Assembly (NCBI RefSeq): GCF_004010195.1
Contig: NC_057757.1
Span: 2,462,302-2,496,740, forward strand
DNA from: Chiloscyllium plagiosum
Taxonomy: Eukaryota
Reading direction: 5' to 3'
DNA length: 34,439 nucleotides
Shown: positions 11,930-23,055 of the stretch, piece by piece
How the letters are laid out: the number at the start of each line of letters is the position of its first letter
How positions within the stretch are numbered: position 1 is the stretch's first letter
The notes under the pieces: model-generated
The model's input: only the letters and a program-made list of their open reading frames with translations
The model's database searches: none
What the model was told of the DNA's origin: nothing
Program-made: the position numbers and the translations under genes

Positions 11930-12867
11930 TCTGTCCTTAAAGACACTCCATGCCTTCCCCTCCACACCCCTCTGGGGCCGTGAGTCCCACAGAGCCCCCA
12001 CCCTCCGGCTGGAGAAATTCCTCCCCACCTCAGACCGTCCCCTCACCCTGAGGCTGTGCCCTCGGGTTCCTCGTCTCTCTGAGCGGTGGAAACACCTTCC
12101 CCACCCCCACCCCACTCTGTCCCAGGCCTCTCGGTATTCTGTACATTGCAATCCGATTCCCCCACGCGCCCCCCATCATCTTTCTAAACCCCATCGGGTA
12201 TAGACCCAGAGTCCTCAACCCCTCCCCATGTGACAAGCCCTGCACCCCTGGGATCATTCTTGTAAACCCCCCTCTGGACCTCCCCTCCAAAGGCCAGCAC
12301 ATCCTTCCCTGGATACGGGGCCCGAAACTGTTCCAAAAGCGGTCTGCCCAGAGCCTCACACAGCAGTACGTCCCTGCTCCTGTATTTTAGTTTTCTTGAA
12401 ATGATCGCCAACATTGCATTTATCTCCCTAACTGCCAACTGAATCTGTGTATTAACATTAAAATAATCCTGAACCAGAGCTCCTGAGTCCCTTTGTGCTT
12501 CAGATTCCTGAAGCCTTCCCCATTTAGGAAATAATCTGTGACTCTCTAGTCTCCTGACCAAAGTGTATCACCTCACACTGTCCCACATTGTATTCCATCC
12601 TCCACCCCTTTGCCTACTCTCCCGCCCTGTCCCAGCCTCTACAGCCTCCCTGCTTCCTCAACACTGAACACTACCTGTCCCTCCACCTATCTTTGTGTCA
12701 TCTGTAGACTCAGCAGCAATACCCTCAGTTCCTTCGTCCTGATGGTTAATGTAGAATGTGAGTAGATGTGGTCCCAACATGGATTCCTGGGAAACTCCAT
12801 TAGTCACCAGCTGCCATCCTGAAAAAGACCCTTTTATCCTCAATCTCTGTCAATCCTCTATCCATGT
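11930..12867 (-). mobile_element. Decayed CR1-clade LINE
   Basis: Minus translations show GVSQESMLGPHLLTFYIN..DDTKIGG and RFTRMIPG-like motifs. Confidence 0.85.
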
Positions 12868-13272
12868 GACAGAGAGACAGTGTGTGTGAGAGACAGTGTG
12901 TGTGAGAGACAGTGTGTGTGAGAGACAGTGTGTGTGAGAGTATGTGTGTATGTACATGTCTGTGTTTGTGCGTATGTACATGTCTGTGTGTGGGTGCGTA
13001 TGTACATGTCTGTGTGTGTGCGTGTATGTACATGTCTGTGTGTGCGTGTATGTACATGTCTGTGTGTGTGTGTGGGTGTGTATGTACATGTAAGAGAGTT
13101 TGAGAGTGCGGGTGTATGTGACAGTGCGTATGTCACAGTGTCTGTGAGAGTGTGTGTGAGCATGTGTCTGAGTGTGGAGCTGGGAATGTGTATCTGGTGT
13201 CTGTGAGAGTGTGAGTGTGTATGTGTGTGAGCGAGTGTGAATGTGTTTATGTGTGACTGCGTGAGAGTGAGT
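12868..13272. repeat. TG-rich compound microsatellite (GTGTGTGAGAGACA and GTATGTACATGTCTGT units)
   Basis: Seen directly. Explains the His/Thr and Cys/Val pseudo-ORFs in the track. Confidence 0.9.
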
Positions 13273-13746
13273 GTAAGTTAAAAGCTCTCGAGATGTGCCC
13301 TGGAATGTGTCTGCAAAACAGAGCCAGGGAAACCCTGGTTTGTTTATTTAAAGGGAGAGAGAGAGAGACTGTGGAACAATGTGAAGGAACTAGCAAAGAC
13401 TTACGAAAGAGTTGGAAAGTGATGTAGGCAAGTTGATTGTGCACTGGAACAGTGTAACAGTGTGAGGGAACTGAGAAATATTCTGGTTCATTGTCCATTC
13501 AAGAATTACTAGGTGGAAAAACAAATAGAGGTGAAAGATTTGTCTGGCAAAGTGCCTGTTCAGCAGTGATCCAAACACTTACCTGTGACTCTCAGCGAGT
13601 AACACACTCACCTGTCGCCCAATACTGTCAACCTGCTCATGTTGCTGCTGGCTGGGATCTTGCTGTGCGAGCCCAATTGCCCGCTGCCTCCCCTACAGCA
13701 GTTACATTTTGAACAAGGGCTTCGGGTGCAGAGCTGAGAAGGATTG

Positions 13747-14108
13747 GGGTGGCACGGTGGCTCAGTGGTTAGCACTGCTGCCTCCTGGCGTCAGGGACCT
13801 GGGTTCGATCCCACCCTCGGGTGACTGTCTGTGTGGGATTTGCAAATTCTCCCCGTGTCTGTGTGGGTTTCCTCTGGGTGCTCCGGTTTTCTTCCATCAT
13901 CCAAAGAAGATGTGCAGGTTAGGGTGGATTGGCCGTGCTAAATTGCCCCACAGTGCCCAGGGATGTGCAGGTTAGGGTGGATTGGCCGTGCTAAATTGTC
14001 CCATAGTGCCCAGGGATATGGGTGGGCTTGCCATGGGGAAATGCAGGGATGCTGTTCAGAGGGTCTGTGCAGACCCGATGGGCCGAATGACCTCTTTCTG
14101 CACTGGGA
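13747..14108 (+). mobile_element. V-SINE (HE1-like) with one internal 53-bp duplication
   Basis: tRNA-derived head (TGGCTCAGTGG A box, GGTTCGATCC B box), V-domain TTCTCCCCGTGTCTGTGTGGGTTTCCTC, CR1-like tail. Confidence 0.85.
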
Positions 14109-14834
14109 GGAGATTTTCTTGATGTCCATAAATGCTGAACGGGACTGACCGAGGCAACGTGGAGAGGACATTTCCGCGTGTGGGGCACTCTGGAACGGGA
14201 GGTCACCATTTTAGGATAAGGGGCGGCAGGTTTAAAACAGAGATGGGGAGTGATTACCCCTCCCAAAGAGTCGGGAATCAATAAAATTCTCTCCCCCATA
14301 GTGTGGTGGGGGCTGAGACACTGAATAAGCTTAAGGAGGAGACAGAGTTTTAATCAGTAATGTGCTGAAGGGTTGGCGCGGGGAGTGGAGTTGGGCCGAG
14401 ATAGTATTCAATGGCAGGGTGGGCTAGCAGGGGCAGCTGAATGGCCTCCTCCTGTTCCCACATCTTAGGTTCTTGCTTTGTGTTTGAACCGAGGTCAAAG
14501 AAGGTGCAACAGTGGAAGGGTTGAGGACATTTGCCACGATAATCCTTCCTCCTTTCACTGGGAATTAGTAACAGCAGGCTGGTGAGGGAGCAGTTGAAGT
14601 CGTCAGCGGTTTGTCCTTCAGTCTGCTGGGTGGTTGTATCCTGAGCAAAAAATCCTCCAAAAACTGTTTTATCTCGACGTTCTCCAGCCCCAGTCAGTGT
14701 TTTCGGTGTCAGAGCAAGGACGCACTCCAGTTATTATTTTTTTTCACTTTCAGTGCGTTGTTTTGGCGAAATGCAGCCAGTCTGTCCCTCCCTCGCGTCT
14801 GGGAGGGCGCTCTCTTGGGGACGTCTGCCTTGAC

Positions 14835-14889
14835 ATGAGGAGAGCGGAGGCCACTCTTGCCCGGGAGAGGCCCACTCCTGTGGCAAGCG
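14835..14889 (+). CDS. Coding exon 1 of predicted multi-pass membrane protein, candidate STING-like (exon starts 14754)
   Basis: Acceptor TTTTTTCACTTTCAG| at 14753, gacATGA start, MRRAEATLARERPTPVAS, donor G|GTGAGG, phase 1. Confidence 0.55.
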
Positions 14890-15780
14890 GTGAGGGTCTG
14901 GAACACCCCCCCAGGTGGTGTGTGTGTGGGGAGGGGGGGGGGGGGGAGGCCCAGATTGAGGCTTCCCAAGTGGAATTCGGATCATCATCCGAATGGGAAT
15001 GGTTTGCAAAGGAATGGGGTTGATGCGAGACGGGTTGATGCGAGACGAGCTCAGTTGCTCGGGCAGAGAGCTAGTATAGACACAGTGGACCGAATGGGCT
15101 TGCTCCTGTCCTGTAAGCTTCCCAAGATTCCAGACCCATAAACTAATAGGCTGTTCGGCCCCTCATGTCTGATCTGCCATTCTTTAGGATCTGATTTTCC
15201 TCACGCCCACCTTCCCATCATCCCCACAACCTGCCTTCCCACCTACTTTGGTGTTGCCTGTCGATTTGGCCACAGTCCGTATTCCCTTTCTCACTCTGCG
15301 ATCCCTCAGAGGGCAGAGGGAGAGGCCGGGGAGGGTTAGGGAGGGAATTCCGAAGTTCGGGGCCTAGCCAGCTGAAAGCAGCAGGGGACCAGGCCTAGTG
15401 TTGATTGGGATGAGCCTGGAGGACAGTGGTGCTGAAAACGCTAACCCTGTTCCATTCACCACCGACACCGCCAGACTTGGAGCAGCGTTCTGGAACTTTC
15501 TGTCCTCCTCAATTTCAAATTTTCAGTATTCCACCCCCTCCCAATCAATTCCTATTGACAGCAGAATAGTTTGGTTTGCCCTTTGAACCTTCCTTCATCC
15601 CTAGTGAGAAGAAAACATGAATTCAAACCAGCTGTGGAATTTTATTCATTCACAAAGCAAAGGCTTCAGTTCATTACTTCGTTTCTTTTTTTTTGGGGCG
15701 GGGGGTGGAGGAGGAATGTTCTTTGCAGCTTTTTCTCCCCGAGTCTGCCCCTGGCACCGAAACCATTGTGTGTTGTTCAG

Positions 15781-15898
15781 GAAACGGCTGGTCTTTAATT
15801 CTCTCAAGCGAAGTCAAGAAGCACGAGGCCCGATGTGCGGCCTACAGGGCCGTAGTTCCTCAGGATGAACTATTTCCTCTACATGAGCTTTCAGCCAG
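15781..15898 (+). CDS. Coding exon 2 of predicted membrane protein
   Basis: TGTTGTTCAG| acceptor, CAG|GTCTGT donor. Only the phase-1 frame is open: GNGWSLILSSEVKKHEARCAAYRAVVPQDELFPLHELSA, matching the phase of exon 1. Confidence 0.6.
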
Positions 15899-15945
15899 GT
15901 CTGTCAGCAAATTCCCAGAATCACATCTCAAAAGGGTACGTCTCT

Positions 15946-16290
15946 GGCGGCTCAGTGGTTAGCACTGCTGCCTCCCGGCACCAGGGGCCAGGGTTCGATC
16001 CCACACTCTGACTACTGTCTGTATGGAGTTTGCACATATTATCTGCGGGGGTTTCCTCCAGGTGCTCCAGTTTCATCCCACACTCCAAAACGTGCAGGTT
16101 AGGGTGGATTGGCCGTGTTAAATTGTCCCACAGTCCAAAGATATGCAGGTTAGGGTGGATTGGCCATGCTAAATTGTTCAATAGTGCCCAGGGATGTGCA
16201 GGTTAGGGTGGATTGGCCGTGCTAAATTGTCCCATAGTGCCCAGGGATGTGGATGGGTTAGCCATGGGGAAATGCAGGGTTGGAGGGATA
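15946..16290 (+). mobile_element. V-SINE (HE1-like) with three copies of the internal unit
   Basis: Same head and V-domain. GTGCAGGTTAGGGTGGATTGGCC(G/A)TG(C/T)TAAATTG occurs three times. Confidence 0.85.
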
Positions 16291-17079
16291 GGTTCAGGTG
16301 ATGTGGGTGTGGGATGCTGGCAAGACTGGCATTCGCTGCCTCCCTGATTTGCCCCTGAAACTGAGGAGGGGTGGCAAGTAGACAACCACGTCGCCATGGA
16401 GATGGAGTCACGTGTAAACCAAACTGAGTGAGGAAGGGGAGATCTTCCGTCCCCAATGGGGCACTCGTGAAAGATTGAGGTCTTTGGACCGTAGTTGACA
16501 AAAATTGTTATGTTCGCTATTGCCGAGTCTGAGTCTGGCTCTTTTATGAACTGGATGGAAATCCGACCAGATATCGCTGCGGGATTTGAACCCACAGCCC
16601 CCAGAGCCTCACCCTGAACCTCAGGATTACCACTGTGCTGCCGGCGTTGGCAAAGGTTGAGGTGGAGCGGGTTGTGGGGGGGTGGGCAGCGGAGGCGGGT
16701 GGGGTCAGTAACCACACTGTCCCTGATCTCATCTCAGCCCATTATCCACCCCTCTCACCCCCTCCCCAGTTCCAGCTGTGAAGGGTGTGTGAATTTATGT
16801 ATCACCACTCTCGCAATCGCAGGATGGCCCTCGGCATTTTTTAATCAGCCGCTCTCCGAGCGTCCCCATCGTCGGCCGCCAAGCAGCCAATTTGTGCACA
16901 GCAGGATCCCACAAACAGGGAGGCCGGCAATAGGCAGACCACCTCTCTCCTCAGACCAGGGCTCGGACTGGGGTATAACATTTGTGAGGACAGCCACTCA
17001 CCAGGCGGGTGCGATACTAACGAGAGGGGGTGCTGTCTGACAATGGATTGGCCCATTTCTTCCAACGTGACACTCGATG

Positions 17080-18556
17080 ACCCCATAATCCTGCAGCACA
17101 GAAACAGATCCATTGACCTAACCAGTCAGCAATCCCAAACTAAACCAAACCCAGCTCCCTACTCCTGGCCCATATCCCTCCAAACCTTTCCTATTCATGA
17201 ACTTATCCAAATGTCTTGTAAACCCTGTCACTGTGCCCACATCCACCACTTCCTCAGGACATTATTAATGACTTGGAAGAGGGAGTCGAAGGGTGGGTCA
17301 GTAAATTTGCAGACGATACGAAGATTGGTGGAGTTGTGGATAGTGAGGAGGGCTGTTGTCGGCTGAAAAGGGACTTAGATATGATGCAGAGCTGGGCTGA
17401 GGAGTGGCAGATGGAGTTCAACCCTGCCAAGTGTGAGGTTGTCCATTTTGGAAGGACAAATAAGAATGCGGAATACAGGGTTAACAGTAGGGTTCTTAGT
17501 AAGGTGGAGGAGCAGAGAGATCTTGGGGTCTATGTTCATAGATCTGGAATGGAGAATAGGTCGTACGAGGATAGGTTGAGAGTGCTAGGCCTTTTCTCAT
17601 TGGAACGGCGAAGGATGAGGGGTGACTGGATAGAGGTTTATAAGATGATCAGAGGAATAGATAGAGTAGACAGTCAGAAACTTTTTCCCCGGGTACAACA
17701 GAGTGTTACAAGGGGACAGAAATTTAAGGTGAAACAGTCAGAGACTTTTTCCCCGGGTACAACAGAGTGTTACAAGGGGACATAAATTTAAGGTGAAGGG
17801 TGGAAGGTATAGGGGAGATGTCAGGGATGGGTTCTTTACCCAGAGAGGTTGGGGGCATGGAATGTGCTGCCTGTGGGAGTGGCAGAGTCAGAATCATTGG
17901 TGACCTTTAAGCGGCAATTGGATAGGTACATGGATGGGTGCTTAAGCTAGGACAAATGTTTGGCACAACATCGTGGGCCGAAGGCCGTGTTCTGTGCTGT
18001 ATTGTTCTATGTTCTATGTTCTATGACATTCATTCCACACACGAACCACCCAATGTGTAAGACAAAAATTGCTCCTCAAGTCCTTTATAAATCTCTCTCC
18101 TCGCACCTTAATAATCTGCTCCCTCGTCTTCAAATCTCCATGGACAAGACACCTGCTATTCACATGATCTCTGCCCCACAAGACTTTATCGACCCTTATG
18201 AGGTCACCCCCAACCTCCTACCCTCCGGTGAAAAACTCCCGGCCTACCCAGCCTGTCCTTATAACTCCAACCTTCCATACCCGGTAACATCCTGGTAAAT
18301 CTCTTCTGAACCCTCTCCAGTTTAATAATATCCTTCCTATAACAGGGTGACCAGAACTGGACACAGTGCTGCAGTGAGGCCTTGCTAATGTCCTGTACAA
18401 CCTCAACATGACGCCCCAACTCCTGTGCTCAAAAGTCTGCATGATGAAAGCAATGCCTTAACCACCCTGTCGAAATGCGATGCAGAACTCAAAGCATTTT
18501 GTACTTGAACCCCTGGGTCTGTCAGTTCTACACTACCCAGAACCCTACTTTTAATT
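17080..18556. mobile_element. Nested CR1 LINEs: plus-strand copy (17261-18025) inserted into a minus-strand copy
   Basis: INDLEEGVEGWVSKFADDTKIGG RT motif, (TTCTATG)n tail, 64-bp internal tandem duplication (17671/17735). The minus copy resumes after 18026 with GACATT at both junctions. Confidence 0.9.
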
Positions 18557-18674
18557 GGGTCTGGAGTCACGTGTAGGCCGAACTGAGTGAGGGAGGCAGA
18601 TTTTGAGAAGGTTTGCAGCTCAGGTTGAGGTTCTGGATGTAGGTTTGCTCGCTGAGCTGAAAGGTTGGTTTCCA

Positions 18675-18708
18675 GACGTTTCGTCACCCTACTAGGTAAC
18701 ATCTTCAG
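18675..18708 (-). ncRNA. Minimal hammerhead ribozyme core (duplicated copy)
   Basis: Minus strand CTGAAGA-tGTTACCtagtagGGTGAC-GAAA-cg-TC, identical to the core at 19364-19397. Helix I 5' strand is partly lost. Confidence 0.6.
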
Positions 18709-19148
18709 TTGGGTCTAGCGTTTGTTTTTCAAGACCTTTCGTTTATCCAAATTAAACTCCATCTGCCACTCCTCAGCCCCATCGATCGAGGTCTTTTTGC
18801 AATCTTCGGAAGCCCATAAAAACGCAAGCCCCCGTCTATCCCATCTATCGAGCTGTGTTGATGTTTAGTGAATTAAAATCCTATTCTCTGTAATTACTGC
18901 CAAGGGCACCTCCGTTCCCTCGTTGAGTTATGAATGACCGGTCTTTCTAATTGTGGAACGCAGATGAAACAGCCACCTCAAATCAACTCCATTTGATGAC
19001 TATTAATTGGTCAGCTGCTGGTTTAGTTCAAAGATTGGTCCTTCTATAAATGTGTAACGTGTTCATTATCTCTGCACAGTTACTGCCTCACCCAGACTCG
19101 CTTCTATATTTGATTTAACCGCAAAGCTCTTCTGAATTGTTTCCCCAG

Positions 19149-19225
19149 TTGGTCTTCGGTGGCTATTGTAGCAACAGTTATTTTCCTGGGAGTGTCCCTA
19201 ATTGCCCCTCATCATGGGCGACCAG
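19149..19225 (+). CDS. Coding exon 3, first transmembrane helix
   Basis: TTGTTTCCCCAG| acceptor, CAG|GTGGGG donor, phase 2 to 1: (S)WSSVAIVATVIFLGVSLIAPHHGRP. Confidence 0.65.
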
Positions 19226-19360
19226 GTGGGGACACAGTGGGCTACGGGTCTGGAGTCACGTGTAGGCCGAACTGAGTGAGGGAGGCAGATTTTGGGAAGG
19301 TTTGTAGCTCAGGTTGAGGTTCTGGATGTAGGTTTGCTCGCTGAGCTGGAAGGTTCGTTT

Positions 19361-19400
19361 CCAGACGTTTCGTCACCCTACTAGGTAACATCTTCAGTGG
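19361..19400 (-). ncRNA. Minimal type I hammerhead ribozyme motif
   Basis: cca-CTGAAGA-tGTTACC-tagtag-GGTGAC-GAAA-cg-TC-tgg: all core nucleotides, helix I cca/tgg, 6-bp helix II, palindromic loop III. Confidence 0.8.
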
Positions 19401-19556
19401 GCCTCTGGGCCAAGCTCTGTACATGATTCCTACTTTCTGTTTATATGTTTGGGTTGGTGATGTCATGTCACCACAGGAAATGACATCACCAACCCAAAGA
19501 AACCCCAACATATAAATAGAAAAAGCAGGAATCATGTCCAGTGCTTTGCCTGAGGC

Positions 19557-19596
19557 TCACTGAAGATGTTACCTAGTAGGGTGACGAAACGTCTGG
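19557..19596 (+). ncRNA. Minimal type I hammerhead ribozyme motif
   Basis: tca-CTGAAGA-tGTTACC-tagtag-GGTGAC-GAAA-cg-TC-tgg on the sense strand of the host intron. Confidence 0.8.
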
Positions 19597-19904
19597 AAAT
19601 GAACATTCCAACCCATCGAGCAAACCTACATCTAGAAGGGAGGCAGATTTCCCAACCCTTGAAGGGCCAGAGTAAAGCAGAAGATGGGTTTTTTTGAAAA
19701 AAAAACAAAATTGTTTTCGGGTCACCATTGCACAGTGTAGTTTTCAATTCTTTTTAACCGAAGCCCTGTGGTGGGATTTGAAATTGCGGCTGCCCCTGGA
19801 GGGTGCCCCAGACTCCTAAGCCACTAGTTCAGCGATATCAAATACCCATTGTCCTGGTTGGGAACAGTAAATGCATCACAGATCATCAGCACTTGGTCAT
19901 CCCA

Positions 19905-21098
19905 TTGAGTCATGTAGTACGGAAACAGACCCTTCGGCCCAACTCTTCCATGCTGACCAGATATCCCAAACTAAACTAGTCCCACTTGCCTGGGTTTGGC
20001 CCATATCCCTCTCATCACGTACCTGTCCAAATGTCTTTTAAATGTTGTAACTACCACTTCCTCTGGCAGTTCATCCTGCATACCCTCTGTATGAGAAAAT
20101 TGCCCTTCGGATCACTTTTTTATCTTTCCCCTCTCACCCTAAACGTATGCCCCTCTAGTTCTGGACTCCCCCACCCCAGGGAAAAGACTTTGCCTATTTA
20201 CCCTATCCATGCCCCTCATGATTTTATAAACCTCTACAAGGTCACCCCTCAGTGTCTGACCCTCCAGGGAAAACAACACCAGCCTCTCCTTATAACTCAA
20301 ACCCTCTAATCTCAGTAACGTCCTTGTTAATCTTTTTTGCACCCCTTTCCAGTTTGATATTATCCTTCCTATATCACAGAGACCAGAACCGAACGCAGTA
20401 TTTCAAAAGTGGCCTCACCAATGTCCCGTACAGCTGCAAAGTGACCTCCTAACTCTTATACTCAATGCACTGACCAATAAAGGTAAATGTACCAAACACC
20501 TTTTTCACTGTCCTGATGGAGGGCTTTTTGTCCGAAACTTAGATTCTCCTGCTCCTCGGATGCTGCCTGACCTGCTGCGCTTTTCCAGCACCACACTCTA
20601 ATCTCCGGCATCTGCAGCCCTCACTTTTGCCTTCTTCACTATCCTGTCTACCTGAGACTCCACTTTCAAGGAGCTATGAACCTGCACTCCAAGGACTCTT
20701 TGTTCAGCAACACTCCCCAGCACCCGACCATGATGTGTATAAGTCCTGACCTGATTTGTCTGAAAATGCAGCACCTTGCATTTAGAGTCATAGAGGCATA
20801 GAGATGTACAGCATGGAAACAGACCCTTCGGCCCAACCCGCCCATGCCGACCAGATATCCCAACCCAATCTCGTCCCACCTGCCAGCACCTGGCCCCTAT
20901 CCCTCCAAACCCTTCCTATTCATATACCTCTATTAAACTGCATCTGCCACTTCTCAGCCCATTGGCCCATCTGGTCCAGATCCAGTTGTAATCTGAGGTA
21001 ACCCTCTTCGCTGTCCACTACACCTCCAATTCTGGTGTCATCTGCAAACTTACTAACTGTACCTGCTATGTCCACATCCAAATCACTTATATAAATGA
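19905..21098 (-). mobile_element. CR1 LINE fragments with nested Penelope pLTR piece (about 20511-20627) and a nested CR1 tail
   Basis: LEGLSYKERL..LRGDLVEVYKIMRGMDRVN and RVLGVQVHSSLKVESQVDRIVKK on the minus strand. Confidence 0.85.
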
Positions 21099-21349
21099 TA
21101 GGTTTTTGATAGAGTGAGTCAGTGTGACTCTCACATTGGAGCTAAGTGTGAGGGTCACACATTGAAGAGAATTGACAAAGGAAGCAGAGGAGGGGGTGGG
21201 GGGGTATTATTGACACAGCGAGCAGCTATAATCTGGACCGTTGTGCCTCACCGGGCAATTTTGATGTGAATTTGCAGAAATTGGAAGCGAATACCTCTCT
21301 CGATGGGTCAATATTAAATGGGGGAATGGGGTACTGAAAGTCTATTTGC

Positions 21350-21730
21350 GTTAGGCTGGGGCTGTTTCCCCTGGAGCATCAGAGGCCGAGGGGTGACCTT
21401 GTAGAGGTTTATAAAACCATGAGGGGCATGGATGGGGTAAATAGGCAACAGCTTAACCCCATGAGAAAGGAGACTAAATCTAGAGGGCATAGGTTTAACA
21501 AGAGGGAAGATTCAAAAGAGTCCAAAGGGGCAATTTTTTTCACACAGAGGGCGGTGGGTGTCTGGAATGGGGTAGTGGCGGAGGTGACTACAATTTAAGA
21601 AACATTTAGACAGGTACGTGGGAGGGATAGGAATGGAGAGATATAGGCCAACAGCAGTTGGGCCCAGTTTAATGATGAAAACTGGGCGGCATGGGGATGA
21701 TGGGCCGAAGGGCCTGTTTCCACGCTCTAG
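21350..21730 (+). mobile_element. CR1 LINE 3' fragment
   Basis: GGGGTGACCTTGTAGAGGTTTATAAA... through the GGGCCGAAGGGCCTGTTTCC tail. Confidence 0.8.
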
Positions 21731-21962
21731 GACTTGATGAGAGAGCTCTTCCAAGGTGCTAGTACAGGACATGATGACCCGAATGGCTTCCTGCGATCCT
21801 ATTGAGTCCCCAGTATCTTTAATAAAACCGAGGATGGCAAAGTCTGGAAAAGAAACAGCAACTCTGCAGGGTGTGAGTTGGAGAGAGAGAGAGACAGCGT
21901 TAATGTTTCAGGACCAGTCCTGAAGTGTAACTCTGTTCCCTGTCTAGGCTCTGTGGGGATTT

Positions 21963-22250
21963 GATTAGATTAGATTACAGTGTGGAAACAGGCCCTTCGG
22001 CCCAACAAGTCCACACCGCCCTGCCGAAGCGCAACCCACCCATGCCCCTACATTTACCCCTTACCTAACACTACGGGCAATTTAGCATGGCCAATTCACC
22101 TGACCTGCACATCTTTGGACTGTGGGAGGAAACCCACGCAGACATGGGGAGAATGTGCAAACTCCACACAGTCAGTCGCCTGAGGCGGGAATTGAACCCG
22201 GGTCTCTGGCGCTGTGAGGCAGCAGTGCTAACCACTGTGCCACCGTGCCG
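21963..22250 (-). mobile_element. V-SINE (HE1-like), young full-length copy
   Basis: Minus strand runs GGCGGCACGGTGGCACAGTGGTTAGCACTGCTGCCTCACAGCGCC...GGTTCAATTCC...V-domain...GGGCCGAAGGGCCTGTTTCCACACTG(TAATC)n. Confidence 0.9.
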
Positions 22251-22744
22251 CCCACAAATTTCTCCTTGTTTGTTCATCCCACAGCCCCCCAGCACTTTGC
22301 CGTTACACGGAGGACCGGGATTTGAACTCCTTCCATCGGCATCTTTGCTCCACTCTGCGAGAACAGCTGCCTGATGGATGGACGCCAGAACAGCCCCCCA
22401 GAAACCTCCCCCCCACCCCCCCCCCCACCGACAACTGCAGCGAGTAATCGCAAACAGATGTACGGGCAAACTCCGCAAAAAAACAACAGCCCAGAGATGT
22501 CAACATTGCTTTCAAGGGGAGGGAGCTTGGATCGCACTCAAGAGTTGAGCTCAGCACTTTTGCCCGCAGTGCATCTGCGATTTTTAAACATGCTCCCTGT
22601 GGTTGGAGGAGCTGTGGGGGTGGAAGCAGCAGTTTGCGAGATGTTTACAGCCTGGAAAAGAGGCCGTTTATCCCTCTGCTCCATACTATCTCTCACTCCG
22701 CCAACACTCCCTTGTGTGTGTTTTTCTATCCCTTATTTTCAAAG

Positions 22745-22823
22745 CCACCTCCCCAGGGCCAGTGCACAGCACTCTTGCTCTTCCTGTTTCTGGTGGATTA
22801 ATTTCTGGTTATCTTATTTTGAG
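22745..22823 (+). CDS. Coding exon 4, second hydrophobic segment
   Basis: Pyrimidine tract then AAG| (in-frame alternative CAG| at 22756), weak donor GAG|GTTAAG, phase 1 to 2: ATSPGPVHSTLALPVSGGLISGYLIL(R). Confidence 0.5.
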
Positions 22824-23055
22824 GTTAAGCCAATCCTACAGAGGTGTTCAGGAATTCTATCACTTCACCTCCCCACCCCCCTCCCACAAGCCTTCCCCAC
22901 TCCGGGCTATTTCTCCTGCCCTGACAGTTCCCAGATCTGAGACCTTTCCAGGAAATCGCAACGTTTCAATCAGATTAAATGCGCTGAAGCATTGGAGTAA
23001 TTCACTCCTAACCTCTTAGAGATGCTGCACGGGCTATGAGTGAGGTCTACTTGTT

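Larger units (their letters stand above)
19293..19636. mobile_element. Fold-back Penelope-derived insertion with two intact hammerhead cores
   Basis: About 19320-19466 and 19480-19637 are inverted arms. AGGGAGGCAGATTT duplicated at 19279-19292 and 19637-19650. Confidence 0.8.

Noticed and set aside
12800..13206. His/Thr-rich and Cys/Val-rich ORFs
   Set aside because: Translations of a TG/CA microsatellite.
22140..22250. tRNA-like A/B boxes (also about 13750, 15950, 30010-30090, 32650-32705)
   Set aside because: SINE heads joined to V-domain or SINE bodies; no complete cloverleaf.
22285..22447. Possible extra or alternative terminal exon (ALCRYTEDRDLNSFHRHLC...*)
   Set aside because: The better acceptor (22284) gives an early stop in the host frame, there is no donor or polyA signal, and it contains a SINE-like GGGATTTGAAC motif. 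Not excluded as a minor isoform.
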